A stretch of 64,000 nt of DNA from Myxococcales bacterium (lineage in GTDB: Bacteria; Myxococcota_A; Polyangia; Haliangiales; Haliangiaceae), in NCBI GenBank assembly GCA_043753855.1, contig JAYUVX010000034.1:58860-122859 (forward strand), in the 5' to 3' direction. Each line of letters starts with the position of its first letter. The stretch's first letter is position 1. The notes below the pieces were generated by a model. That model saw only the letters and a list, made by a program, of their open reading frames with translations. It made no database searches and was not told the DNA's origin. Below are positions 41,319-52,924 of this stretch, piece by piece. A program made the translations under genes and the position numbers.

Positions 41319-41486
41319 GACGGCGATGACGCTGCGACGCTCACCGGCCTTACACCACGTCGTCTGCGAACACGCGGCGCAGCAGGGTCAGCCCACGGCA
41401 GCCGGCGCGAACGTGACGACGGCGCGGCCGACCTCGTGGTCGACGCACCTGAACCGGCACCCGGCAGCGCTCGGTGCGGCATCGAT

Positions 41487-41525
41487 CTCGGCGCTCGTCC
41501 TCGGCGCTCGTCCTCGGCGCTCGTC
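41487..41525. repeat. Perfect 13-bp x 3 tandem repeat (ctcggcgctcgtc)
   Basis: Read directly at 41487-41499, 41500-41512 and 41513-41525. Lies 111 bp upstream of the STAND-kinase start codon. Confidence 0.95.
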
Positions 41526-41635
41526 GCCTAAGTTTACAGCGGGGGTGTACAGACGGACCTCGTCAAAGATCTACGGCGCCGTGCGGCTCACAGGGGAATG
41601 TCCCGCCGGCGCCCGTGCGCCTATAGTCGTATCCG

Positions 41636-45448
<3,813 letters not shown>

Positions 45449-45450
45449 GA

Positions 45451-46449
45451 TCAGCGAGCCCCTAGCGTCAGTGGCTCACCGGGCGGGCCAACGAATATCG
45501 CCCCCCCGTCGCCGACCGCGACAATCGAGTACGCCGAACTCGCCACCGCATGCAGCACCGTGTGCACCCCAAGATCTTCGACCGTGTAGTTGTGAGCGTC
45601 GTCGATTCGCACGAGCTGCGCTTGACCGTCCGGATCCTTGCCGAGTCCGATGTTGAAACTCACATCGGTGAGATCCGGGACGCGGGTGCCCTCAGTTGCG
45701 CCCCAGCTTACTACGAAGCCCTCCGCAACTCGCCACATGATAACGCCATCCCCGACTACGACGAGCGAGGCGGCGCCGTCCTCTACGGCACGAAGGTCCA
45801 CGGCCGTGGGTGCGTTCCCTGCCGTATGCCAGGTAACCGCACTGTCGTCGCTCTCGAGCAAGAGTCCATCGGCGCCCACAACCCAGCCCTGCTCGAACGT
45901 GAACGCAACGGCATTGAGCTTTGCGTTCGCCTTCACAACACGGCGCTGCCACGTCTCCATGTGGTCGGTGCTGACGAGCACGATACCGTCGGGGCCATCG
46001 TTGCCGGCAGCGATGAAGATCTCGTTGCTGTCCGTGTTCGAGACCGCAATCGACCGCAGTGACTCGGTACCAGTATGTTTTACTTTCCAGGTGAGGCCGC
46101 CGTCCTTGCTGAGGACGATGGTTCCGGAATCACCGACGGCATATTGAAAATCGATGTTCTGGCTTCCGCCAAAAATAATACTGCCGTACGCGAAAAGGTT
46201 TGCGGCGGTAGGCAGTGCGACCTTGGTCCAGGTCTTTCCGTCGTCGGTGGTGTGAAGTAGCGTCCCTTTATCACCGCACGCCCAGCCGTCACTGGCTGAC
46301 ATCGCCACGTCGCGGAGCGTCGCGTCCGCCGGGGAAGTGATCGAGGTCCATGCAGGATCGAGGTGGTCCGGCTTTGAGTCGTCACTGCAGCCCGCAGCCG
46401 CCATAAAACCTAAACTGGTGAGGAGAACTTTCGCCGACGCGTATTTCAT
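45451..46449 (-). CDS. BNR/Ycf48-like beta-propeller lipoprotein
   Basis: Lipobox FMAAAGCS. Repeated S/T-x-D-x-G-x-T-W motifs (TTDDGKTW, SKDGGLTW, STDHMETW, SDDSAVTW). Visibly lower GC than its neighbours. Confidence 0.75.
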   Translation of the reverse strand: MKYASAKVLLTSLGFMAAAGCSDDSKPDHLDPAWTSITSPADATLRDVAMSASDGWACGDKGTLLHTTDDGKTWTKVALPTAANLFAYGSIIFGGSQNIDFQYAVGDSGTIVLSKDGGLTWKVKHTGTESLRSIAVSNTDSNEIFIAAGNDGPDGIVLVSTDHMETWQRRVVKANAKLNAVAFTFEQGWVVGADGLLLESDDSAVTWHTAGNAPTAVDLRAVEDGAASLVVVGDGVIMWRVAEGFVVSWGATEGTRVPDLTDVSFNIGLGKDPDGQAQLVRIDDAHNYTVEDLGVHTVLHAVASSAYSIVAVGDGGAIFVGPPGEPLTLGAR

Positions 46450-46841
46450 CACGGGCCCGGGTGCAAGGAACATGCGCGATGCGCCAGTGGCCTCGTTTGC
46501 TCGTGCGGCGCGTGTGACCGGCCGAAACGCTGGGCATCGTTCACGCACGTTCACGCTGACTACTGTTCACGACACGGTGCGCTCAGCATAAAAGAGAGTG
46601 GTCAAAGGGCAGGTACGCGTTCGACGTCGGTCAGGCGGTGCATTGTGTCGGGGCTTCATGTGGAACCGATCGCGTGGAGCTGGGGGGGACGAATCTTCCT
46701 TGCGCTGCTCGCTTCGGACGATCCCAGGAGGAAGCTCAACCAGCTGATGTTCGCGGCGGGGCGCGGTGGCGGCGATCGGCGGCTGAGGCAAGCAGGCAAC
46801 GGTGGACCGCCGCGCCGGCCTCTGGCGTAAGCTCGTCGCGC

Positions 46842-48551
46842 GTGCAATCCGAGATCAGGCCAGCGACCGACGCGACGATCGCCGAGCCCACGGCAGGCAA
46901 CGAGGTGACGCGCGACGGGGTGAATCACCTCTCGCACGACAGGCCACCCGCGGTCGCCGCGGCGCTGCACGTCGAGGAGACCTCGCGGACGCACGGATTC
47001 TCGACGGCGGTCGCGGTGATGAGCGCCATCGCGCTCGGGTTCGTGCCGGCGTTCGGCGGCCGGGTCGTCGACGAGGCAGCCTTCATCGCTGCGCTCGTCC
47101 TGGCGCTCGTGACCTCGCTCATCGTTCGCCATCGATGTGCTGATCCGCGACGATACACGAAGCGGGTGTTTCGAATCTTCGGCTTCGTTCTCACAACGAT
47201 CTCGTTCGAGGTCATCTATCGCGTCGGGGTGCTATCGCCGGCGCCGATCGTTCTCACCCTCGGCGTCACCGCGCTCGGTCTCGGACTCGACCGCCGGTTC
47301 GCGCTCGCGATCACGGTGTACGGCATTGCTGGGTATGCGACGCTCGCGTCCCTCGTCGTCGGCGGCACGATCCCGGACGCCGGCTTGATCCGCACCGACG
47401 AGCTGTCCACGGTCGCCAAGATCTTCGGCGTCGTGGTGCCGCCGGTCGTGTTGCTGATCACGCTCGGGCTGGCGCGTCTGTCGCGTCGGACCCTCGAGAG
47501 GGCGGCGACGGACTGTCACGCGGCGCTGCGGCTCGCAAGTCAACAGGAAGCGCTGCTCGCCGAAGCTCACCAGAACCTCGATGACGCACTTCATGTCGGG
47601 GTTCGACGTCGTGGCCCGTGGACGGGGCAGCTAGCCGGTTCGTGGAAGCTGCTCGAGGTCGTCGGCAGCGGAGCCATGGGCGATGTCTACGCAGGGCGGC
47701 ACACCGACACCAACGAGCCAGCGGCCGTGAAGATCTTGCATCACGCGGCTGCGCTCAGCGAGATCTCGATCGAACGCTTCGAACGTGAGGGAAAGATCAC
47801 CAGCGCGCTGCAATCTCCAAACGTCGTGACGGTGTACGAGACCGGACGGATCTCTGCGCTGATCCCGTACCTCGCGATGGAGCTCCTCCAGGGCGAAGAC
47901 CTCGCCCGACTGTTCAGGCGAATCCGGATCCTGCCGCCGGCGGAGGTCCAGGAGCTCGCGCGGCAAGTCGCCTGCGGGCTCGACGCGGCGCACGCGCAGG
48001 GGATCATTCATCGCGATCTCAAGCCGCAGAATCTGTTCCGGGTTGGCGTCGATCGCTGGAAGATCCTCGACTTCGGTGTGTCCACGCTCGCCGGGTCACG
48101 AGGCACGCTGACGCAGGCCGCGCTGGTCGGGACGCCCAGCTACATGGCGCCCGAACAGGCGCGCGCGGAGCGGGTCGATGCGCGATGTGACGTGTTCGCG
48201 CTGGGCGCGGTGCTGTACCGAGCCATCGTTGGTCGGCAAGCCTTCGGCGCGCCCAACACGCCGCAGGTCCTGTTCAACGTTGTCTACCGGATGCCACCCC
48301 GCCCTGGAGAGCTCGTCGATCGGATTCCACCGGATGTCGACTCGGTCCTCGCGCTCGCGCTTGCCAAGCGGCGCGACGACCGCTTCGCGACCGCCGGTGA
48401 GCTATCCCGGTCGTTGGCCGCGGCATATCGCCACGCGATCGCCCCCGAGCTTCGCGTGCGTGCAGAGCTGGTGTTGCGCAAGCATCCGTGGGGACAAGCG
48501 ATCTCACTCGACCACGAACACCGCACCAACCGGCTCCCTCATCCGCGCTGA
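46842..48551 (+). CDS. Ser/Thr protein kinase with N-terminal multi-TM domain
   Basis: About 6 TM helices and a coiled coil, then the kinase (GSGAMGDVYAG, AVKIL, HRDLKPQNLF, DFGVS, GTPSYMAPEQ). Start uncertain: GTG 46842 or ATG 46638. Confidence 0.85.
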   Translation: MQSEIRPATDATIAEPTAGNEVTRDGVNHLSHDRPPAVAAALHVEETSRTHGFSTAVAVMSAIALGFVPAFGGRVVDEAAFIAALVLALVTSLIVRHRCADPRRYTKRVFRIFGFVLTTISFEVIYRVGVLSPAPIVLTLGVTALGLGLDRRFALAITVYGIAGYATLASLVVGGTIPDAGLIRTDELSTVAKIFGVVVPPVVLLITLGLARLSRRTLERAATDCHAALRLASQQEALLAEAHQNLDDALHVGVRRRGPWTGQLAGSWKLLEVVGSGAMGDVYAGRHTDTNEPAAVKILHHAAALSEISIERFEREGKITSALQSPNVVTVYETGRISALIPYLAMELLQGEDLARLFRRIRILPPAEVQELARQVACGLDAAHAQGIIHRDLKPQNLFRVGVDRWKILDFGVSTLAGSRGTLTQAALVGTPSYMAPEQARAERVDARCDVFALGAVLYRAIVGRQAFGAPNTPQVLFNVVYRMPPRPGELVDRIPPDVDSVLALALAKRRDDRFATAGELSRSLAAAYRHAIAPELRVRAELVLRKHPWGQAISLDHEHRTNRLPHPR

Positions 48552-49271
48552 CCCGAGGGTGCGTGCATAGGCACGCTCGGTCGCGTCTCGCAGCGACGAA
48601 CAGCTCCCGAACAGGCCGTGGAGAATCATGTGATAGCGGGTCTGGCGACTCTCGTTGACGACGTGATGAACATGACTGAGGTCGAGGAGGAACGCCGCGC
48701 CCGTGCGCATCGGGAGGACGCCATCGCCCAACGTGAAGCGGCAACCGTCGGGCATGTTCAGCACGACGTTGAGGCCGATCATGCTCGGGAGCTTCCAGTC
48801 CGTATGTGGCGCGACGTATCCGCCCGGATCGAGAGCCATGTAGCGCGTCCGAAACAACGTCGCGCCCGCGAACCTGGCTGCACACCAGCGCTGCGTCTGC
48901 GGCGCACGCTCCGCGACCTCGTCGCACCAGCGGTACGGGGCCGCCAGGTCCGATGCGTAGCCATACGTGCGAGCGCCTTGCGTGTGGCTCGCTGATAGAC
49001 CGCGAAGACACAGCGCTCTCCATCCGCGGTGTTCATACTCGCCGTCGCGGTGGGGGACGAAGCGCTCGTCGAGCGCGATGGCCTCCTCGATCAACTCCGG
49101 CGGAACCGCGAGGTCGATCTCGAGGTACGGCAGTCCGCCGCGGAAGATGATCCAATAGTACGAACCGGGCGTCGCGAGGTCGTCTCGCAGGATCGCGAGC
49201 TCCCGATGCTGGGCGGGCAAGCCAAATGCTCGCTGGAAGTGGGCGATCAGGTCGGCGTCGGTCATTTGCAT
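48504..49271 (-). CDS. Aspartyl/asparaginyl beta-hydroxylase-like Fe(II)/2-oxoglutarate oxygenase (cupin)
   Basis: GGYVAPHTDW..LNVVLNMP..FLLDLSHVHHVVNESRQTRYHMIL matches the AspH/LpxO-type pattern PH.D..H.V.N.S..R. GAGGAA SD precedes the start, 1 nt after the upstream stop. Confidence 0.7.
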   Translation of the reverse strand: MQMTDADLIAHFQRAFGLPAQHRELAILRDDLATPGSYYWIIFRGGLPYLEIDLAVPPELIEEAIALDERFVPHRDGEYEHRGWRALCLRGLSASHTQGARTYGYASDLAAPYRWCDEVAERAPQTQRWCAARFAGATLFRTRYMALDPGGYVAPHTDWKLPSMIGLNVVLNMPDGCRFTLGDGVLPMRTGAAFLLDLSHVHHVVNESRQTRYHMILHGLFGSCSSLRDATERAYARTLGSARMREPVGAVFVVE

Positions 49272-49272
49272 C

Positions 49273-50769
49273 TCAGGTTCCTCGTGTGGAGAACAGCGCG
49301 GCCGCGGCCAAGCCAAGCCGCAGCAGCAAGAGGCGAGCCTCGAGCTGGTCGACGGCGGGCAGCGCTCGCACGAACGCGGGACGGAAGTGTGCCAGGATCC
49401 GCCGCTCGCCCAGCACGAGCTCGACGAGCTGCTGTTGCAACCGGGGGTCGCCGAGCGCGGCGACGTAGTCAACCGTGACGCCATAGGACCTCGCGGGTGG
49501 CTCTTCGGGGCGGTCAGGGTTCGCGGCCAGGTGGGCGCGTCGCTCGGCGCGCCACTCGACCGGCAAGCGGCGGTGCAACTCGACGAGGTCGACGTCGTGG
49601 AACGGCGTGACGACGCTGCGCACGCTCGCCATCAGCGCGCGGTTGATGTTCCACAGCACGAAGCGGTTCTCGAGCGAGACCCGTTCGAGGCACGCACCCA
49701 GCGACTCGTCGCCGCGTGGGGCTGCGACCGCGAGGATCTCCTCGACGGCCTGCGTCGCCGGTCCGCGCAGATCATCGAGCATGTTCGCCTTCAGCAGCGG
49801 GGTCAGGGACACGATCTTGTTCGCGACCACGCGCTGCGCGATCCACCACGGTAGCGATTCGACATCATCTGGAGCGGCCGCGACGACGTGAGGCTCCCAG
49901 CCGTGGGTCCCCAGCCACAGCCCGCCCGCCGGGAGGTCCTGCAGAGGCCGCGGGCCCATCGGCAAGGTCGCGAACGTGTTCTCGCTTGGATCTGCCACGA
50001 CGTTCGCCCACTCGACCATCGCGGTGACGGCATCGCGAAAGTCGACGCCGATGACGTGGTGCTTGACCGCTGCTCCGGAAGTCAACCTGCGCGCGGCGAT
50101 CACATCACCCGCCGTGTCGGGGCCAAACGTGACCGCCTCGAGCGGAACCCCTCGCTCGCGCGCGCGTCTCCACATCGCACGTGAATCGACACCGCCCGAG
50201 AGCAAGAGCAGGATCGGCGTCCGCGCGTTCGAGATGGCACGCTCGACCGCCACATCCTCCGCGCCGGCGAGATCGCGGGGATCAGCATCGGCCGGTTCGT
50301 CGTCGGGGAACTGCCAGTATCGGGAGCTCGCTCCGGTGGCGAGGTCGAACCAGGTGCCGGGCGGAAGCCGCTGCACGCCCTCGAACAAGGTGCGTGTGCT
50401 CGGGATGTGGCCGAACGTGAGGAGGGAGCAGAGGGCTGTCGGATCCATCGGATGTCCGCGCTCGACGAGCCGCGCTGGGTTGGACGCCACGGCTCCTCCA
50501 CGGCGATAGGCGAGTCGGGATCCGAGGCGGTCTGTGGCGACCTTTGTGCCGTGCGTTACGACGAACGAGCCGTCGTACGCGGACAGCCGGTCGTCACGGT
50601 CGAACCTCGGCTTGGGGCCCGTGCGGTGAGTGACCGGACCGGAGAACGTCAAGGCGTTGACTGGCGTGGGACTGGCCTTCGCCGACGTCTCCTCCGCTCT
50701 GTTGACCTGCGCAACGCTCGCGTTGCTGCGCGCCCCATGTTCTTGGGGCTTACCATTGAGGAAGCTCAT
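49273..50769 (-). CDS. Asparagine synthetase B-like ATP-dependent (PP-loop) enzyme without glutaminase nucleophile
   Basis: LLLSGGVDS PP-loop and AsnB-type linker LLTFGHIPSTRTLFEGVQRLPPGTWF. The N-terminus is MSFLNGK.. (no Cys2), and only about 100 aa precede the synthetase domain. Confidence 0.75.
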   Translation of the reverse strand: MSFLNGKPQEHGARSNASVAQVNRAEETSAKASPTPVNALTFSGPVTHRTGPKPRFDRDDRLSAYDGSFVVTHGTKVATDRLGSRLAYRRGGAVASNPARLVERGHPMDPTALCSLLTFGHIPSTRTLFEGVQRLPPGTWFDLATGASSRYWQFPDDEPADADPRDLAGAEDVAVERAISNARTPILLLLSGGVDSRAMWRRARERGVPLEAVTFGPDTAGDVIAARRLTSGAAVKHHVIGVDFRDAVTAMVEWANVVADPSENTFATLPMGPRPLQDLPAGGLWLGTHGWEPHVVAAAPDDVESLPWWIAQRVVANKIVSLTPLLKANMLDDLRGPATQAVEEILAVAAPRGDESLGACLERVSLENRFVLWNINRALMASVRSVVTPFHDVDLVELHRRLPVEWRAERRAHLAANPDRPEEPPARSYGVTVDYVAALGDPRLQQQLVELVLGERRILAHFRPAFVRALPAVDQLEARLLLLRLGLAAAALFSTRGT

Positions 50770-50911
50770 GGGTGCTCACTTTTCTCGGGCCTCGCCGAGC
50801 TTGTTGGTGCACGCACCTGCGGATGACATGCCGGCCCGGTCGTCACATGGCACGGTCCGACGACCCGTGTTTGACCCCCGGGTTGATCGTCGAGGTCACG
50901 CCCTGAACGTC

Positions 50912-50941
50912 ATGTAAAGCAGCCGCTGCTGACCTTTACAT
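50912..50941. promoter_or_regulatory. AT-rich inverted repeat ATGTAAAG-N14-CTTTACAT, candidate activator binding site
   Basis: Read directly. Centred about 65 bp upstream of the -24 element, in the 253-bp divergent intergenic region, which is lower in GC (59/100 by hand count for 50881-50980). Confidence 0.45.
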
Positions 50942-50990
50942 CGCGGCAACCAGACGGACGTTTGGTGGCGCGTTTCGAGGCTCGAAGCAG

Positions 50991-51006
50991 TGGCGCGGCG
51001 CTTGCT
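50991..51006 (+). promoter_or_regulatory. Sigma-54-type -24/-12 promoter candidate (TGGCGC-N5-TTGCT)
   Basis: 10 of 11 consensus positions of TGGCAC-N5-TTGCW, with the GG and GC doublets correctly spaced. 17 nt upstream of the precursor ATG. A sigma-54 activator gene is in the same array. Confidence 0.45.
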
Positions 51007-51022
51007 CCTTCTCCGGTTCACA

Positions 51023-51199
51023 ATGAACAAGAACATTGCATCGAACCCCATCAACCAGTCCGAAGTCACCTCCACCAACGAGGAGCTGCCGGTCGCCGCT
51101 GAGTCTGCCGAGGAGCTCTCGGCCGAGGATCTGCGCAAGGCACTCGGCGGCGCGGGCCCGTCGAGGAACGTCGCGACCTGCGGCGACTACAACCTCTAG
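51023..51199 (+). CDS. Candidate RiPP precursor peptide (58 aa) with double-glycine leader
   Basis: MNKNIASNPINQSEVTSTNEELPVAAESAEELSAEDLRKALGG/AGPSRNVATCGDYNL. The leader matches LSxxELxxIxGG. High GC3. Sits directly upstream of the modifying-enzyme genes. Confidence 0.65.
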   Translation: MNKNIASNPINQSEVTSTNEELPVAAESAEELSAEDLRKALGGAGPSRNVATCGDYNL

Positions 51200-51236
51200 C
51201 CAGCTCTCGCCAACTGTAGGCAACCTGATCGCGCCC

Positions 51237-51272
51237 CCCTCGTAGGCCTCTTCTCAGCCGGACCTGCGAGGG
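51237..51272 (+). terminator. Stem-loop after the precursor gene (10-bp stem, 16-nt loop), candidate partial terminator or attenuator
   Basis: ccctcgtagg (51237-51246) pairs with cctgcgaggg (51263-51272), with one G-U pair. No T-tract. Confidence 0.35.
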
Positions 51273-51327
51273 CGGGCATCTCACCGGCTCTAGCCCGCGC
51301 GCGAAGGCGATACTTCGCACCCATTTT

Positions 51328-51828
51328 ATGATCCGCCCAATCACCGACCATGACGCCGCCTCGTTCGTAGCGCTTTCGATCGCGCTTGATAGCGAGACCG
51401 AATACATGCTGTTCGAGCCAGGAGAGCGCACGCTCACCGTCGAAGACCAGCGCCGGCGAATCGCGACGATCCAGGCGGGGACCACGCAGGTCGTGCTTGT
51501 TGCCGACGACGATTCCAGCATCGTGGGATTTGTCGGCGCCTCGCGGGGCGCTGCACGCCGGAACAAACACTCCGCGAGCTTCGTGATCGGTGTCCTCGCG
51601 GCACACGCTCGCCGCGGCATCGGAACGGCGCTCCTCGTCGAGCTCGAGGCGTGGGCGCGCCGCACGGACGTGCACCGACTCGAGTTGACCGTGATCGAGC
51701 AGAACGAGCGCGCCCGCGCTCTGTACGTGAAGCAGGGATTTCAGGTCGAGGGGCGAAAACGGCACTCGCTGCAGATCGCCGGCCGCTGGGTCGACGAGGT
51801 CGCGATGGCCAAACTACTCGCGGAGTGA
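51328..51828 (+). CDS. GNAT family N-acetyltransferase
   Basis: Acetyl-CoA-binding motif A region ARRGIGTALLVELEAWA and ELTVIEQNERARALYVKQGF. 166 aa. Confidence 0.85.
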   Translation: MIRPITDHDAASFVALSIALDSETEYMLFEPGERTLTVEDQRRRIATIQAGTTQVVLVADDDSSIVGFVGASRGAARRNKHSASFVIGVLAAHARRGIGTALLVELEAWARRTDVHRLELTVIEQNERARALYVKQGFQVEGRKRHSLQIAGRWVDEVAMAKLLAE

Positions 51829-51832
51829 CTTC

Positions 51833-52924
51833 ATGCAACTCGGCATCGGCTTCAATCCACGTTACTTGACAGGCGAGCTGACGTGTCCAAGCAACGCGTC
51901 GTACCTGGAAGCCGGGGCGAGCTTGCTGCTCGCGTCGCCTACCTTGCCGGCGGTCTTCTCGGCGATCCGGGAGACTTCACTCCACCTCTCGCGCGCACCC
52001 TTCTGCGAGGCGCCTGCTGTCCAGGAGCGCTTCGCGGCGAAGCTCGCGGCCCGCCTGCCGGCCACGGTGTCGTCGGTCGGACTCCACCTCGGAGGCCCCT
52101 ACGCGACGGACCTCGGCTTCTTCGGGCTGGGGACCGCCTATCTCCCGACCCCCGACAACGAGCGCCGCGCGCGGCATCTGCTCGAGCTGTTGATCGACGC
52201 GACCGGACGCCGCGTGCTGATCGAGAACGCGAACTACTACGATCAGACGCTGGGGCAGGCCGCGGCCACCTTGGCGACCCAGAATCGCCTGTGCGAATGC
52301 CCCGGGGTCGGGCTGATCCTCGACCTCTCGCACCTCACGATGGGAGCGCACAACCTCGGCGTCGCGCCCGACTTCTTGCTCGGGATGATCGACCTCGAGA
52401 AGGTAGCCGTGATCCACTTGTCGGGAATCTCGGAAGGCCGAGATGGCGCCTATCATGACGGGCATCAGCTGCCGGTCCATCCTCGCGTGTGGGAGCTGCT
52501 GGATCGTACGCTCGCGGTCATCGGCCGGCCGGTGACGCTGGTGCTCGAGCACTCGGATCCACGCTGGACGAACGCCAACGCTGGCTTCGCGCGAGACTGG
52601 GATCAGCTCCGCGCGGCGTCGGTAGCGCCAGCGCCACGCCTGCCGGCGTTCCCGATCGATCCGGACCAGGTCGCGATCGGATACATGGCGAACGTGGTCC
52701 TTCCACAACGCTTGCCTGCCGTGCATGCCGAGCTCGGTCGGCCGGCATTCGATGCGCTCGTGCGCGCCTGGGCTCCGGCGTACCTCCACCGCGTTCGCAG
52801 CCAACCGCAAGCGACCGTGGTGTTGCGCGAGGACGAGCGAGATTTCTACGGTGGCATGCTCCACGACCCCGTGGCGGACTTCGTCGGCGAGTTGCAGCGC
52901 CGAGCGGGGGTGGAGACATGCTGA
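51833..52924 (+). CDS. DUF692 / MNIO (multinuclear non-haem iron oxidase) family enzyme with about 100-aa C-terminal extension
   Basis: Motif series SLHLS, GLHLGG, VLIENANYY, LILDLSHL, VIHLSG, YHDGHQLPV, LVLEHSD parallels the MbnB/TglH ligands. The extension ..LPQRLPAVHAELGRPAFDALVRAWAPAY.. resembles a DUF2063 partner N-domain. Confidence 0.75.
   Translation: MQLGIGFNPRYLTGELTCPSNASYLEAGASLLLASPTLPAVFSAIRETSLHLSRAPFCEAPAVQERFAAKLAARLPATVSSVGLHLGGPYATDLGFFGLGTAYLPTPDNERRARHLLELLIDATGRRVLIENANYYDQTLGQAAATLATQNRLCECPGVGLILDLSHLTMGAHNLGVAPDFLLGMIDLEKVAVIHLSGISEGRDGAYHDGHQLPVHPRVWELLDRTLAVIGRPVTLVLEHSDPRWTNANAGFARDWDQLRAASVAPAPRLPAFPIDPDQVAIGYMANVVLPQRLPAVHAELGRPAFDALVRAWAPAYLHRVRSQPQATVVLREDERDFYGGMLHDPVADFVGELQRRAGVETC

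Noticed and set aside
41388-41390. The in-frame TGA followed by PCC in a Cys-rich frame, as a possible selenocysteine codon.
   Set aside because: Only a weak 5-bp hairpin (CUGCG/CGCAG) follows, and it starts too close to the UGA. The upstream frame has no start codon, and no Sec machinery is visible here. A decayed gene is the simpler explanation.
50990-51022. The upstream GTG start (MARRLLLLRFT...) for the precursor peptide.
   Set aside because: The extension has poor coding character and would place the candidate -24/-12 promoter inside the ORF. ATG 51023 gives a typical acidic leader.
49273-51199. Reading the AsnB-like enzyme plus short peptide as a lasso-peptide cluster.
   Set aside because: No transglutaminase-like B protease and no PqqD-type RRE are present. 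The predicted core AGPSRNVATCGDYNL has its only Asp at position 12, not at the ring-closing position 7-9. The DUF692 context fits better.
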